DNA of 64,000 nucleotides from Squalus acanthias (GCA_030390025.1 CM059432.1:78308001-78372000), one strand, 5' to 3'. Shown: positions 38,352 to 51,159, counted from the stretch's first letter. Program-made: numbers and translations. Notes: generated by a model from the letters alone, not told the origin.

Positions 38352-39787
38352 GGTTTTACGAAGGGGAAGTCATGTTTGACAAATTTGCTGGAGTTCTTTG
38401 AGGAAGTAACATATAGAGTGGATAAAGGGGAACCAGTGGACGTAGTGTATTTAGACTTCCAAAAGGCATTTGACAAGGTGCCACACAAAAGATTATTGCT
38501 TAAGGTAAAAAATCACGGGATTGGGGGTAATATTCTGGCATGGATAGAGGATTGGCTATCTAACAGAAAGCAAAGAGTTGGGATAAATGGTTCATTCTCA
38601 GACTGGCAATCAGTAACTAGTGGTGTTCCACAGGGGTCAGTGCTGGGTCCCCAACTCTTCACAATCTATATTAACGATTTGGAGGAAGGGACCAAGTGTA
38701 ACATATCAAAATTTGCAGATGATACAAAGATGGGAGGGAAAGTAGTGAGTGAGGAGGACATAAAAAACCTGCAAGGGGACATAGACAGGCTAAGTAAGTG
38801 GGCAGAGATTTGGCAGATGGAATACAACACTGGAAAGTGTGAGGTGATGCACTTTGGCAGGAAAAATCCTAGAGCAATTTATTATCTTAATGGCAAGAAA
38901 CTGGAGAGTACTGAAGTGCAAAGGGATCTGGGGGTCCTGGTGCACGAAACTCAAAAGGTTAGTATGCAGGTGCAGCAAGTGATTAAGAAGGCAAATGGAA
39001 TGTTGGCTTTCATTGCTAGGGGGATAGAATATAAAAATAGGGAGGTATTGCTTCAGTTGTACAAGGTATTGGTGAGACCGCACCTGGAATACTGCATACA
39101 GTTTTGGTGTCCTTACTTAAGGAAAGACATCCTTGCTCTCGAGGCAGTGCAAAAAAGGTTCACTCGGTTAATCCCGGGGATGAGGGGGTGGTCATATGAG
39201 GAGAGGTTGGGTAGATTGGGACTCTACTCATTGGAGTTCAGAAGAATGAGAGGCGATCTTATTGAAACATATAAGATTGTGAAGGGGTTGGATCGGGTGG
39301 ATGCGGGGAGGATGTTCCCGATGACGGGTGAGACGAGAACTAGGGGACATAGTCTTAGAATAAGGGGCTGCTCTTTCAAAACTGAGATGAGGAGGAACTA
39401 CTTCACTCAGAGGGTGGTAGGTCCATGGAATATGCTGCCACAAAAAGCTGTAGAAGCTACAACATTAATTAAATTTAAAACAGAAATAGACAGTTTCCTA
39501 GAAGTAAAGGGCATTAAGGGTTACGGGGAGCGGGCAGGAATTTGGACATGAGTCTAGGTTCGGATCGGTCATGGCCCTGTGGGTAGTGGAGCGGGCCCAG
39601 GGACTGTGTAGCCTGATTCTGCTCCTATTTCGTGTGTGCAATTCTGTTAGATGCAGGAGATGGTTCTGTGATAGATAGTAGATTGGCGGTTAGGATCAGA
39701 TCAGCCATGATCTTATTGAATGGCGGAGCAGGCTCGAGGGGCCGATTGGCCTACTCCTGCTCCTATTTCTTATGTTCTTATGTTCTT
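38352..39787 (+). mobile_element. Young CR1 LINE inserted antisense into another CR1
   Basis: 391-aa open RT/C-terminal frame at 38376-39551; tail (TTCTTATG)n. Confidence 0.93.
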
Positions 39788-40185
39788 ATAACCACTCGCT
39801 GCGTAAAAAAGTTTTTCCTCATGTCGCCTTTGGTTCTTCTGCCAATCACTTTAAATCTGTGTCCTCTGGTTCTCGACCCTTCCGTCAATGGGAACAGTTT
39901 CTCTCTATCTACTCTGTCTAGACCTCTCATGATTTTGAACACCTCTATCAAATCTACTCTCAACCTTCTCTGCGTTAAGGAGAACAACCCCAGCTTCTCG
40001 AGTCTGTCCACGTAACTGAAGTCCCTCATCACTGGAATCATTCTCGTAAATTTTTTCTGCACCCTCTCTAAGACCTTCACATCCTTTCTAAAGTGCGGTG
40101 CCCAGAGTTGGACACAATACTCCAGTTGAGGCCGAACCAGTGTTTTATAAAGATTCATCATAACTTTCTTGCTTTTGTACTCTAT

Positions 40186-40936
40186 GGGCTGGATTTTGAT
40201 ACTGGGGCGGGTTGCGGTCGTGTCATCCACTTTTCGTGTTATCCACCCGACTGCAATTGGATGTGGGAGATTGATGCAATTTTCACCTAATTGGGCAATT
40301 GAGTTCCAGCATGTGGGAACCCATGAACCAATTACTGGTTTCAGTCTGAAAGTCGCCTCTGATGATGTCATCATTGCTGCTGCATTGACGGTCTGCAAAG
40401 ACTGCCTGGCCTTTGCTGTGAGTGGACCTGGATGCAAAATGAGCAGCAGCTCAGAGAGAGAGAGAGAGAGAGAGAGAAAGAAATAATTTTTTTTGCATCC
40501 AGGTCCTCTCACAGCAAAGGCCAGGCAGTCTCTGAAGACATTCAATGCAGCAGCATCAGAGGCGACTTTCAGACCTAATACTACTACTACCTTCATCACA
40601 TCTCCATTGTAATAGTGGACCTGCAGCTGATAGTCAGCTATCCACTTGTGCTCCTGCCAGGTTTCACTGGCGTGTTTCACATCAGGCGTGCTTCACGTGG
40701 GAAAAGGGTTAAACTAGCTAAAATGTTTCAAAATGACATTACAGAGCCAATTTAGGGCTTTAATGGCCTCTCCCGCCTCTTGAAGGCGGGACGGAGTCGG
40801 GAACACCGCACACGATTTTATCAAAATTGCGTGGAGGCGGAATGGAGGCGGGATCAGGTCCGCCCGCCACTTTTCGCAATTTTAACCCCCCACACGCCTC
40901 CAAACCCGCCTCCACGGCCCTATGAAAATCCAGCCC
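40186..40936. mobile_element. Harbinger-type MITE with a long internal hairpin
   Basis: TIR GGGCTGGATTTT / AAAATCCAGCCC; TSD TAT; interrupts the CR1 coding stretch RGIEYKS. Confidence 0.9.
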
Positions 40937-43317
40937 TATGCCTCTATTTATGAAGCCCAGGATCCCATATGATTTTTTAACTGCTTTCTCAACCTGCCCT
41001 ACCACCTTCAATGATTTGTGCATATATACCCCCAGGTCTCTCTGTTCCTGCACCCCCTTTAGGATTGTACTCTTTAGTTTATATTGCCTCTCCTCATTCT
41101 TCCTACCAAAATGTATCACTTCGCACTTTTCTGCATTAAATTTCATCTGCCACGTGTCCACCCATTCCACCAGCCTGTCTATGTCCTCTTGAAGTCTATC
41201 ACTATCCTCCTCACTGTTCATTGTACTTCCAAGTTTTGCGTCATCTGCAGATTTTGAAATTGTACCCTGTACACCCAAGTCCAAGTCATTAATATATATC
41301 AAGAAAAGCAGTGGCCCTAGTACCGACCCCTGGGGAACACCACTGTGTACCTCCAGTCCGATAAACAACCGTTCACCACTACTCTCTGTTTCCTGTCACT
41401 TAGACAATTTTGTATCCATGCTGCCACTGTCCCTTTTATTCCATGGGCTTCAACTTTGCTGGCAAGCCTATTATGTGGCACTTTATCAAACATTTTTTGG
41501 AAGTCCATGTACACCATGTCAACCGCATTGCCCTCATCAACCCTCTCTGTTACCTCATCAAAAAACTCAATCAAGTTAGTTAAACATGATTTGCCTTTAA
41601 CAAATCCGTGCTGGCTTTCCTTAATTAATCCACACTTGTCCAAGTGACTGTTAACTTTGTCCCTGATTATTGTTTCTAAAAGTTTGCCCACTACTGAGGT
41701 TATACTGACTGGCCTGTAGTTGCTGGGTTTATCCTTACACCCTTTTTTGAACAAGGGTGTAATATTTGCAATTCTCCAGTCCTCTGGCACCACCCCGTAT
41801 CTAAGGAGGATTGGAATTTTATGGCCAGTACCTCCGCAGTTTCCACCTTTACTTCCCTCAGCATCCTAGGATGCATCCCATCCGGTCCTCGTGACTTATC
41901 TACTTTAAGTACAGCCAGCCTTTCTAGTACCTCCTCTTTATCAATTTTTATCCCATCCAGTATCTCAACTACCTCCTCTTTCACTATGACTTTGGCAGCA
42001 TCTTCTTCCTTGGTAGAGATAGATGCAAAGTACTCATTTAGTACCTCAGCCATGCCCTCTGCCTCCATGCATAGGTCTCCATTTTGGTCCCTAATCGGCC
42101 CCACCCCTCCTCTTACTACCCGTTTGCTATTTATATGCCTATAGAAGACTTTTGGATTCCCTTTTATGTTAGTTACCAATCTATTCTCATACTCTCTCTT
42201 TGCCCCTCTTATTTCCTTTTTCACTTCCTCTCTGAACTTTCTATATTCAGCCTGGTTCTCACTTGTATTCTCAACCTGACATCTGTCATACGCCCCCTTT
42301 TTCTGCTTCATCTTACTCTCCATCTCTTTCGTCATCCAGGGAGCTCTGGCTTTGGTTTCCCTACCTTTTCCCCTCGTGGGAATGTACCTCGACTGTACCC
42401 GAAACATCTCCTCTTTAAAGGCAGCCCATTGTTCAATTATAGTTTTACCTGCCAATCTTTGACTCCAATTTACCCGGGCCAGATCCATTCTCAACCCACT
42501 GAAATTGGCCTTCCTCCAATTAAATATTTTTACTCTAGATTGCTCCCTGTCCTTTTCCATAGCTCATCTAAACCTTATGATAGTGTGATCATTGTTCCCT
42601 AAATGTTCCCCTTCTAACACTTGCTCCACTTTCCACTACCACCTTTCACTTACTGTCTAGCAATGCTGGCCCCCTGTTTATAGGGATGTAATTAACAATG
42701 AGGTGCTAATGACGTAAAATGGGACAGATGACATTACCATATCATTACCACCTCATTTAAATACTTCTAACAGAAATGATGCCAGAAAATCAAGCAGGTG
42801 CAAAAATGGGTAGTGCTTTGACACAATGGGGGAAAAATTCGGTTGATTAGCGCCTCCCGTTAGTGCCCTAAGAAGGCGCTAACAAGGCGCAAAGAAACTA
42901 GCGCCCAGGCGCGGCGATGTTTGCGCCGCTCGTGAAATTGACCAGACATTTTGCAGTGGCGCTAAACACTACCGCCACGATCTCCTGTGCCCGCAGATCG
43001 TGACGTCAGTCGAGCGTGCAACGCCCCAGTAGCGCCCCGGACCGGATATTGAGTAGCGCCCCCTGCCTTTCCGCCTGCCGCTAGCAACGACAGGTAGAGG
43101 GGAACGTTTTGCAGTCTGAAAGGGGCTGGGGGAGTGCTATTTAAAGGCGGCCTCTTCCTGCCCTTTTTTGTCGGCAACATTTGTGCATTACGCATTCTGA
43201 GAGAGAGAGAGAGACTTCTGGAGAGATTCAATGCTGTGTGAAGGAGTTTTGGGTACTGAGCAGCACTTTGCAGGTTCATTTTGATTCGACCTTCCTTGCA
43301 TCGATTTAGAAGAGACT

Positions 43318-44454
43318 GTGGGGGCTGCACTGATTCAGGGTGTCGTCCTGCACCTGCAGAATCGGAGGCATCAGAGACGCAGAGAGAGAGTGGCAAACAT
43401 GGCCAGAGGGAGGAGGGCCAACAGGCCTCTGCACAGGAGACCTTACCCTCCCAGGGTATTCCGGGAGCATTTCTCCTGCATTCATTTGTCTGAGGAGCAG
43501 TGTTTGCGCAGGCTGCGCTTCAGCAAGGAGGTGGTCACTGAGCTCTGCCACCTGCTGCAACCAGATCTGCAGCCTCAACTGAGGACCAGGACGTCTCTGT
43601 CGGTGGCAGTGAAGGTGACAGTGGCTCTGAATTTTTATGCCAGCGGCTCGTTTCAAGCATCTACTGGGGACATCGCCAATATCTCCCAGTTCGCTGTCCA
43701 TTTTTGTATCCGGGAGGTGGTAAATGCCCTGTATAAAAAGAGACGCCAGTACATCTCTTTCCCCATGACCTGGGCCAAACAGCATGAACGCGCATGTGGC
43801 TTTGCTAGGATAGCGAGCTTCCCCATGGTGCAGGGCGCCATTGACTGCATGCATATGGCATTGCGGGCACCGCATGAAAATGCAGAGGTATTCCGAAACC
43901 GCAATGCCTACCACTCCTTAAATGTGCAGTTGGTCTGTGACCACCGACAGCTCATACTTGCCGTCAATGCCCGCTATCCTGGCAGCAGCCACGATGCTTT
44001 CATCCTGCGCTAGACTGGTGTGCCAGACCTGTTCCAGGCACCTCATGCCCCAAGTGGATGGCTCCTCGGGGACAAGGGTTAGCCACTCTGCACCTGGCTG
44101 ATGACACCGCTCCGTAACCCCAACACCCCTGCCGAGCTGCGGTATAATGAGAACCATATTGCCACCAGGAACATAATTGAGCAGACGATCGGCGTGCTCA
44201 AGCAACGGTTCCGCTGTATGGACCACTCAGGAGGAGCCCTGCAGTACTCTCCTGAGCGAGTCTCCCTCTTCATAGTTGTGTGCTGCATGCTTCACAACCT
44301 GGCAATCCTGAGGACCCAGCCAATGCCACCAGGGATTGGTGCACCACCTGAGGAGGAGGAGGAGGAGGATGATCAGCAGCAGCACCAACGTGGGAGGGAG
44401 GCGCACAATGTTGCAAGGGCCGTCCGTCAACAGCTGATAACAAGCCGCTTCTAG
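43318..44454 (+). pseudogene. Harbinger C transposase, single frame with two premature stops
   Basis: GAIDCMHMAL, YHSLNVQLVCD, YPGSSHD, LLGDKG*, IEQTIGVLKQRF; TAG at 44011 and 44080. Confidence 0.92.
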
Positions 44455-44767
44455 GCCCCTATTCAGAAGATGGCTTCTTGCATGGAGAACAACATCATGG
44501 AAAGCAACCCGTACCCACTATTGCCGGCCAAAGCTGGAATGATTCCAAAGGCCAAAAATGTAAATTTAGAATACAACAACTTTTTTCTTTAACAAACTGT
44601 GTGTGTCATTTATTCAGGACAAACAATTAGAAACAAACACAACAAATCATGAATTAACAGAACTGGTTCTCACAAGCTGGAGAAAAACGCAAAAATAGTA
44701 AACAAATGTAATCACACGAACCTCGACCTTTACTACAAACATTCCCACCATTTATTTAGACCTCCTA

Positions 44768-46535
44768 CTATTTGCCCTTTGAGTGCGATCTCCATCCCCT
44801 GCGCACTTCCCCCCTTCCCACCCTACTGCTCCTCTGTAATGGGGCCCCAGTGGCTGCAGCAATGCTGGTGGAAGGTTGCTGAATGTCAGATGCAGAGACT
44901 ACAGATGCCTTTGAAGGACGCCCTCGACCAGCTCTGGGCCTGGAGGGCCCGGCTGCAGACTGCACCAACTCTGCATGGGCGGCAGCAGTCTGGGCTGGCT
45001 GTGTTGCAGGCGGTGGCAAATGCAATGGGGAAGTGACAGTGGTGGGAGCAGGAATGCTGTCATCCCAAGAGAGGACAGTACCTTCCTGCTCGACCGTCAC
45101 ACTGGCACTCACACGGGGCAGTACCTCAGCATCCGGAGCAATCTGCTCGAGCACAGATTGCTGGCCTGCTGTGGCACCGTGAGAGCCCCGGGGCAATGTG
45201 GCCGACCCAGCGACAATGGCAGCAGTCAGTGCTTGTGTGACAGCAATCTGAGACTGCATGAGAGCAGTCTGAGATTGGATGGCAGCAGCCAGTGACTGAA
45301 TTGCAGCACTAAGCCGTTGCGTTGCATTGGCCTGTGCTGCAGCGGAGTGGTCCACACTCCTTGCCAGTCCATCAATGCTTTCGGGCATCCTTGCCATTGC
45401 ACCCATGAGCTCAGTGTGCATGATCAAGGCCTGGCTATTCATTTCCACGATGACGTGCTCCTCCTCTGCATCCAGTGCAGCAGGACTCGCTTCCCTACTC
45501 GCCCTCCAGGGAGAAGGCCCCCGAACGTCCCTACCCCCATGGCGTTGCTGCAGCCCGCTGGGTCCTGGAGCTTCGTCCTCATCAGACCCTACCCCCCTGC
45601 TCCCCTCCAGGGAAGGCGTGGTCCCAGTGTGGGCATGGCTCCCTCGGGAGACGCAGGCGGTGAGGCTCCGGCTTCCTCTTCCTCCTCGCCTGGGGCGTCA
45701 CTGCCACTGCTTGGTTGAGGGACAGGCTGCTCAGCTGGTGGTTCACTATCTGAAAGCAGGGAGGTACAAGAGTGGCTTTAGCATCAGGACGGGGGCAGTA
45801 AGGGAGCAAGGACTGGAGACATTTAGTAAGTTGGATTGCAAGTGTAAAAGGCTGGTGTTGTGAGAGGCAAGTGGAATGAGAGAGGAGAGAAAGCTGTTGA
45901 ACTTACCATTGCTGTCCCCAAGGGGGTCGACCTCTCCAGCGGCCACGGCACCTATCACCTGGCTGGTAACGATCCTGTGCACACGCGCCTCCAAATCGCT
46001 GAGGGTCTGCAGCTCAGCCGCCCCTCCACCCGTGCGTTGCTGCTGGCGCCTGTTGTGAGATAGCTTGGCCCGCAAGAAAAAGGACGGCGTCTGAGTGAAT
46101 GTGCAGCCATGTGCTTGCCTGATGTGCCTCCCATAGTTGAATAGCCCTTAATGTATGCAAGGTGTGGAATGTGTGTGTGTTTTATGAGATGGCCATAGGT
46201 CTTGGATGAGTGTTGGGCATTTGGGGTTTTTAAACCATTTGGGCACAGAGTGAAGTTGAGATGGAGGGATGTAGAGGTATTGAAAAGCAGCCACTCACCC
46301 TGACCACCCGAGTGAGGTCGTTGAACTTCTTCCCACATTGGGTGTGGGTCCTGGGCACCAGGCTCCTGGAGGAGATGTGCTGAGCCACCTCCCTCCAGAC
46401 TCTTCGATATTCGTGTGGCAATGGCCTCCTGCCACTCTGTGGGTAGAGTATTGACCTTCGGCGCTCCACTGCGCCAACCAGAGCCACCAAGGCCCAGTCG
46501 CTGAAGTGCTGAGCTCTTTCCCTGGGCCTCTCCAT
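44768..46535 (-). pseudogene. Harbinger C Myb/SANT-like gene; 3 exons (46535-46299, 46069-45907, 45749-44768), disrupted
   Basis: MERPRERAQHFSD...WREVAQHI...RTHTQCGKKFNDL; the exon 2 acceptor reads CGG instead of CAG; frameshift early in exon 3; Ala/Gln heptad region; RGRP motif. Confidence 0.8.
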
Positions 46536-47166
46536 TGTTGTTTCCAGCAAAATTGATGTACAGGTCTCTCCAGGCCGTGATTCAAGGCTGCAATGAGTAG
46601 GGTGTGGCTGGAGAGCAAGATCGACCCTCCCCTTTAAAAACTGGCCGGCGCCAGTGTGTCTGTGTTCCATAGCTAATTGACATCACCTGAGCTTTGCCAA
46701 TGCTCTGAGGTAGCGCCTCGCTCCTCGGTGTTAGCGCCTTAAGAGAGGTGTGTAGCGCCTGATTTAGCGCTCAAATCAGCTCCAGGGGTGATAGAGGCCA
46801 AGTTTGCAGTCGGAGGCGATAATTAGTGCCAGGTGCTAAACTTTGCGCCTGGCCGATAATTGCGCCCCAAACGGGGCGATACCGAATTTCTCCCCCAATG
46901 AGTCCCTGCCCCATTTTCCATCCTCGCCTGCCCCAGTACTGAAAATCGGGCAGTATATCCACTTTTTATTTCAGGAAAGAAGCGTATGCTCACTTTCCAG
47001 CCACTGGAAATAGTGGAATCTGCTTCTTCCACCAGCTTTGTTTTAATCAGCAAACATTGCCTGGGCCCCTTTCCCCTCAGAGCATGCCCCAAGCGCTGCT
47101 GCTAATGGAAGGGTTCCCTGTCTCTGCATACTTTACACAGGAATTCTTGCAAGTATACAGAGGCAG

Positions 47167-47415
47167 TAGGGTTGCCAACTCTGGTTCGACGTATTCCTGG
47201 AGATTTTATCAACTGACCTCCCTCGCCCAGTGGTCCCACCCAGTCAAACAGCCTTTTTCCCCCATCACCAATATTTTTATAGCTAATAAACTAAAATTTT
47301 CACAAAATTTTAATGCCCCGATGATTTTTGTCCCGAGTTGCTTGCAGCAGTGTCCAGGAGATTAATCTTTAATTCCTGGAGACTCCAGGCCAATCCTGGC
47401 GGGCTGGCAACCATA
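47167..47415. mobile_element. Non-autonomous hAT-type MITE (249 bp)
   Basis: TIR TAGGGTTGCCA / TGGCAACCATA with exact 8-bp TSD AGAGGCAG (47159-47166, 47416-47423). Confidence 0.85.
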
Positions 47416-47736
47416 AGAGGCAGGGATCGACAGCTGAAGATAAAGAGGCCTAGTCTATGAACTGCAGCATTCAGGGAGGGCATGAAGGGGAGCGGTGCTC
47501 AGTCCCATTGCATTAATAACAGCAATCGTCTCAGAGCAGCACTAAAGGGAGAGGGGAGGGGGGGAAATGGATGGCAGAGAAGGAAAAGAAGAACCTGGGA
47601 GTGACATTTTAGGGCTGTGGGAGGAAGGAGATGGAATGGGGAGGGAGAGTGCCAGCATAAACTGTGGGTGGGGCAATAGTACCATATGAACTGAGGGGGT
47701 TGGCGGATGAAAAGATTGCCAGCTTGAACTGGATTG

Positions 47737-48161
47737 AAAACATAGAATCTAGGAGCAGGAGTAGGCCATTCGGCCCATCGAGCCTGCTCCACCATTCAAT
47801 ACGATCATGGCTGATCATCCAAATCCAGTACCCTGTCCCTGCTTTAATCCCCACAGTACACATATCCCACCCTACCCCCGTAACCCCACGTATTTAATTC
47901 CCCCTAACATATCCCATCCTATCCCCATAACCCCACATATTTAATCCCCCCCTAACACTAAGGGTCAATTTATCATAGCCAAATCAACCTAACCCGCACA
48001 TTTTTGGACTGTGGGAGGAAACCGGAGCACCCGGAGGAAACCCACGCAGACACGGGGAGAATGTGCAAACTCCACACAGACAGTCACCCGAGGTCAGATT
48101 CGAACCCGGGTCCCTGGCGCTGTGAGGCACCAGTGCTAACCACTATGCCACCGTGTTGCCC
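47737..48161 (-). mobile_element. HE1-like V-SINE with CR1/HER1-derived tail
   Basis: Minus strand: tRNA head GGTGGCATAGTGGTTAGCAC...GGTTCGAATC, V-domain TGTGGAGTTTGCACATTCTCCCCGTGTCTGCGTGGGTTTCCTCCGGGTGCTCCGG; tail matches local CR1 3' UTRs. Confidence 0.9.
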
Positions 48162-49262
48162 GTTGCAGAGTGCCGGGTTGAATTGAGGGAGAAGAGTGTC
48201 AGTATGAGCTGGCATGGTTGGAGAAGGACTCTCTGTGAAAGAGTGGAGAAGTTGAGGCAATTTTTGAATAAATAATGGTCTGTTTGGTCTGTTGAAAATC
48301 CCCTCCCTTTTTTTCAATTTTCAATTGTGAAATAAAAATGTTGATGACTTTTCGTCAGAACCTATCAATTGTGAAGTCTAACTGCTTAAAATTAATTAGA
48401 ATTCATAATTTTTTATGTAAAAATTCAAAATTTTCCAGGGCAGTATGCCTCAGGTGCCCCCCCCACCCCACCCCACCAGAATTGTGCCAACAATTTTGTG
48501 CCTTCAGGTTTGATTTCCCCCTTTGGGCCTCCATGTACTTGTGTTTTTTTCCAGTACGTGATGGAATGTTGGGTACTTAGGTTACAATGTTTATGTAACT
48601 ACTTGTTTTTACATCACAGGCTCATAATCAGGGCTGTTTTTGAATTGTCACCATTTTTTTGATGCTGCTGATCAGCTTTGGTTAGTTTTCTACATTGGCG
48701 TGTATACCCTTCGGGTTGCTGACTTTGAAATTGGGAGGAGCTCGTCTCTCCTCCTGTCTAAATGCAGCACCCTCATGGTCTATTTGGTTGATGATTCTGC
48801 ACTCAAGAATCAGCCCTGCAGCCTCTTAGCAGCTTTTGGATCAGTTCACTTCTTCATAAGCACTTTTCCCCTCTGGTTCATAACCAGTGACGCATTTGAT
48901 GAATTTTGCCATACTCCTACTTCTAATATATTTTACCGCAAAATGCTGTAAAATGTACCAAATGAAGTGTCAGAAATGGGAAGGATGTCTTGAGACCCAT
49001 CTAGATAGTGAATGGTATATTGTGTGGCAGAGTCTGGGAACATGCTTCTCACCCCAAGAAAATCATTTTTGATACTTTGTTTGGCGCAATTTACAGCACT
49101 TTACAATATACCCACTTTTCAAATTACCACTAAATCTTACTGTGCTGTAAAAGACACCAAATGAAGTGTCAAAAATTGAAAATTTTCTGGGGAAGCATGC
49201 ACCAAACCCCTAAAGTGTACACTTTTAAAATAGCTAATACACCATTGACTGCCGATGCCCAT

Positions 49263-49690
49263 GAACATAAGAACATAAGAATTAGGAGCAGGAGTAGGCC
49301 ACTCAGCCCCTCGAGCCTGCTCCGCCATTCAATAAGATCATGTCTGATCATCGACCTCAACTCCACTTTCCCGCCCGATCCCCATATCCATTGATTCCCT
49401 TAGTGCCCAAAAATCTATCTCTCTCAGCCTTGAATATACTCAATGACTGAGCCTCCACAGTCCTCTGGGGTAGAGAATTCCAAAGATTCACCACCCTTTG
49501 AGTGAAGAAATTCCCTCCTCATCTCGGTCCTAAATGGCCGACCCCTTATTCTGAGACTGCGACCCCTGGTTCTAGACTCTCCAGCCAGGGGAAACAGCCT
49601 CTCAGCATCTACCCTGTCAAGTCCCTTAAGAATTTTACACGTTTCAATGTGATCACCTCATTCTTCTAAACTCTAGGAAATATAGGCCCC
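49263..49690 (-). mobile_element. CR1/HER1-type LINE 3' end
   Basis: Closely similar to 4069-4495, with a (GAACATAA)n tail. Confidence 0.88.
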
Positions 49691-49831
49691 AATGTTGCGC
49701 TACTCTGTACAATATGGAGACCCAATTTGTAGAGAGCGAGTGCTGCCATACAACAACTTACATTTATATAGCACCATGAAATCATATCCAGTCTTCAGGA
49801 GAGAAGGGGAGAACATTGTGGAAACAATCTA

Positions 49832-50070
49832 CAGGGGAGTTATCCCCGGTGTCCTGGCCAATATTTATCCCTCAACCAACATAACAAAAAAAAAAAATTA
49901 TCTGGTCATTATCACATTGCTGTTTGTGGGACCTTGCTGTGCGCAAATTGGCTGCCGCGTTTCCCACATTACAACAGTGACTCCACTTCAAAAGGACTTC
50001 ATTGACTGTAAAGCGCTTTGAGACGTCCAGTGGTCGTGAAAGGCGCTATATAAATGCAAGTCTTTCTTTA
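49832..50070 (+). mobile_element. DeuSINE 3' half
   Basis: Near-identical to 21107-21340. Confidence 0.85.
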
Positions 50071-50868
50071 CAGCTGTTAAAGGTAAAGTTAATAACCTGG
50101 GCAGCAGCAATAACCTCTGAGCATCTAATGACAGAAAACTGGTGAAGCAGTAAATGATTCCACACCATATTCATTTTGTTTGAATTTGTTCTGCCAAATA
50201 TAGCTAGTGTTTTATTATTATTAACAAGAGCTAAATATAGGATTGCAAAACAAATGTTAAAATAACAAGATAGACATTTTATTCCTAATTCTTCTAAATA
50301 TATAAGGGAGAGCTTTAGCTTAGGTATAAATAAATGAATGGTAACCAATTAATTGTGTCCCAGATACTTTTTTAACAATTAGATTGTAAATATTCCCATT
50401 TCCAGGTTCCTCCATGGGGTTATGTATGAATCCCATTTCAGCAGTGACACAGTGGTATAGTTGTGACCTTGGCCACGATATGTTTACTTCTTATCATTGA
50501 TGTCGTTTTGTAGATGACAGGCATTTTTGATTACTGAGAATTTACTGTTTTAGTTGATACATAGTAGAAACTGAGAAAAAAAAGACAACTCATGATTGGT
50601 GTGTAAACATAAGATGCAAGTATGTTCCAAGAGGGTCTTCTTGGTAAAACTGGACTCAACAAGGAGTAAGTAATTACCACGATTTCAGATTTCCAGCATC
50701 CGCAGTATTTTGCTTTTGTACTTACCACTAATGTTCCCTTTAAAATAACACAATGATAAATAAGCCATTTATTATAAATTAGAAATTAATTCTAATTTAC
50801 ATTTCATTACTACGCACAGATAAAAGGATGCTATCTATTCTCTGTTTATTCTGTTTATCCTTATAAAG

Positions 50869-51159
50869 GCCGTGGTTGAGCTGAGCGAGGCTCATGGTAC
50901 TCTGGAGTCTGAAACTCAGTTGCTATCAACAGCAACAGCTGCAGATCCTCTGTTTTACCCAGCTTGGCATAAAGCTCATACATTGGACAAGGTCAGCCCT
51001 AATTTAAACCTAATGAGCAACAGTTCAGGCGATAGTAACAGTCAGATCGGGACAACAGTTTCCGTTGAGAAAGATGTAAAGAAACCCGCAGTAGGCCACA
51101 GTTCAGCTGCATTGGAAGTGGATGTTAATGAAGCTAGTTCAGCTGCAGCTCGATCGCAG
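50869..51159 (+). CDS. TRIM55: TRIM55 C-terminal-region exon, 291 nt
   Basis: ataaag|GCC...CAG|gtcagt; contains ESET...ADPLFYPAWHK, a motif recalled as specific to MuRF2 among the MuRF paralogues; phase 0/0. Confidence 0.9.

Larger units (their letters stand above)
38152..42631 (-). mobile_element. CR1 LINE with 11-bp TSD, containing two younger insertions
   Basis: TSD TCCACTACCAC at 38141-38151 and 42632-42642; ORF2 pieces at 42560-41700, 41793-41317, 41368-40937 and 40185-39786; 3' UTR at 38152-38351. Confidence 0.9.
42828..46896. mobile_element. PIF/Harbinger DNA transposon C (two-gene, 4069 bp)
   Basis: TIR GGGGGARAAATTCGGT (15/16 match); TSD AAT (42825-42827, 46897-46899); multiple subterminal TAGCGCC motifs. 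Confidence 0.95.
30820..46951 (-). mobile_element. Old Harbinger element acting as the outer shell of a 16-kb insertion nest; transposase remnant at ~37710-38070
   Basis: Minus-strand remnant WRLHFTKEAIN...PTAVKVTTTRNF...[21 protein letters not shown]...AGFP; degenerate termini GGTCTGGATTTTC (30821) and GAAAATCGGGC (46941). The outer boundaries are inferred. Confidence 0.55.

Noticed and set aside
39778..40680. 300-aa chimeric ORF with an internal peptide repeat
   Set aside because: Chance read-through from a hairpin-containing MITE into a CR1 fragment.
48415..49215. Possible decayed DNA transposon with repeated CTGTAAAA..ACCAAATGAAGTGTCA blocks in direct and inverted orientation
   Set aside because: The repeats are visible, but no termini or TSD could be fixed.
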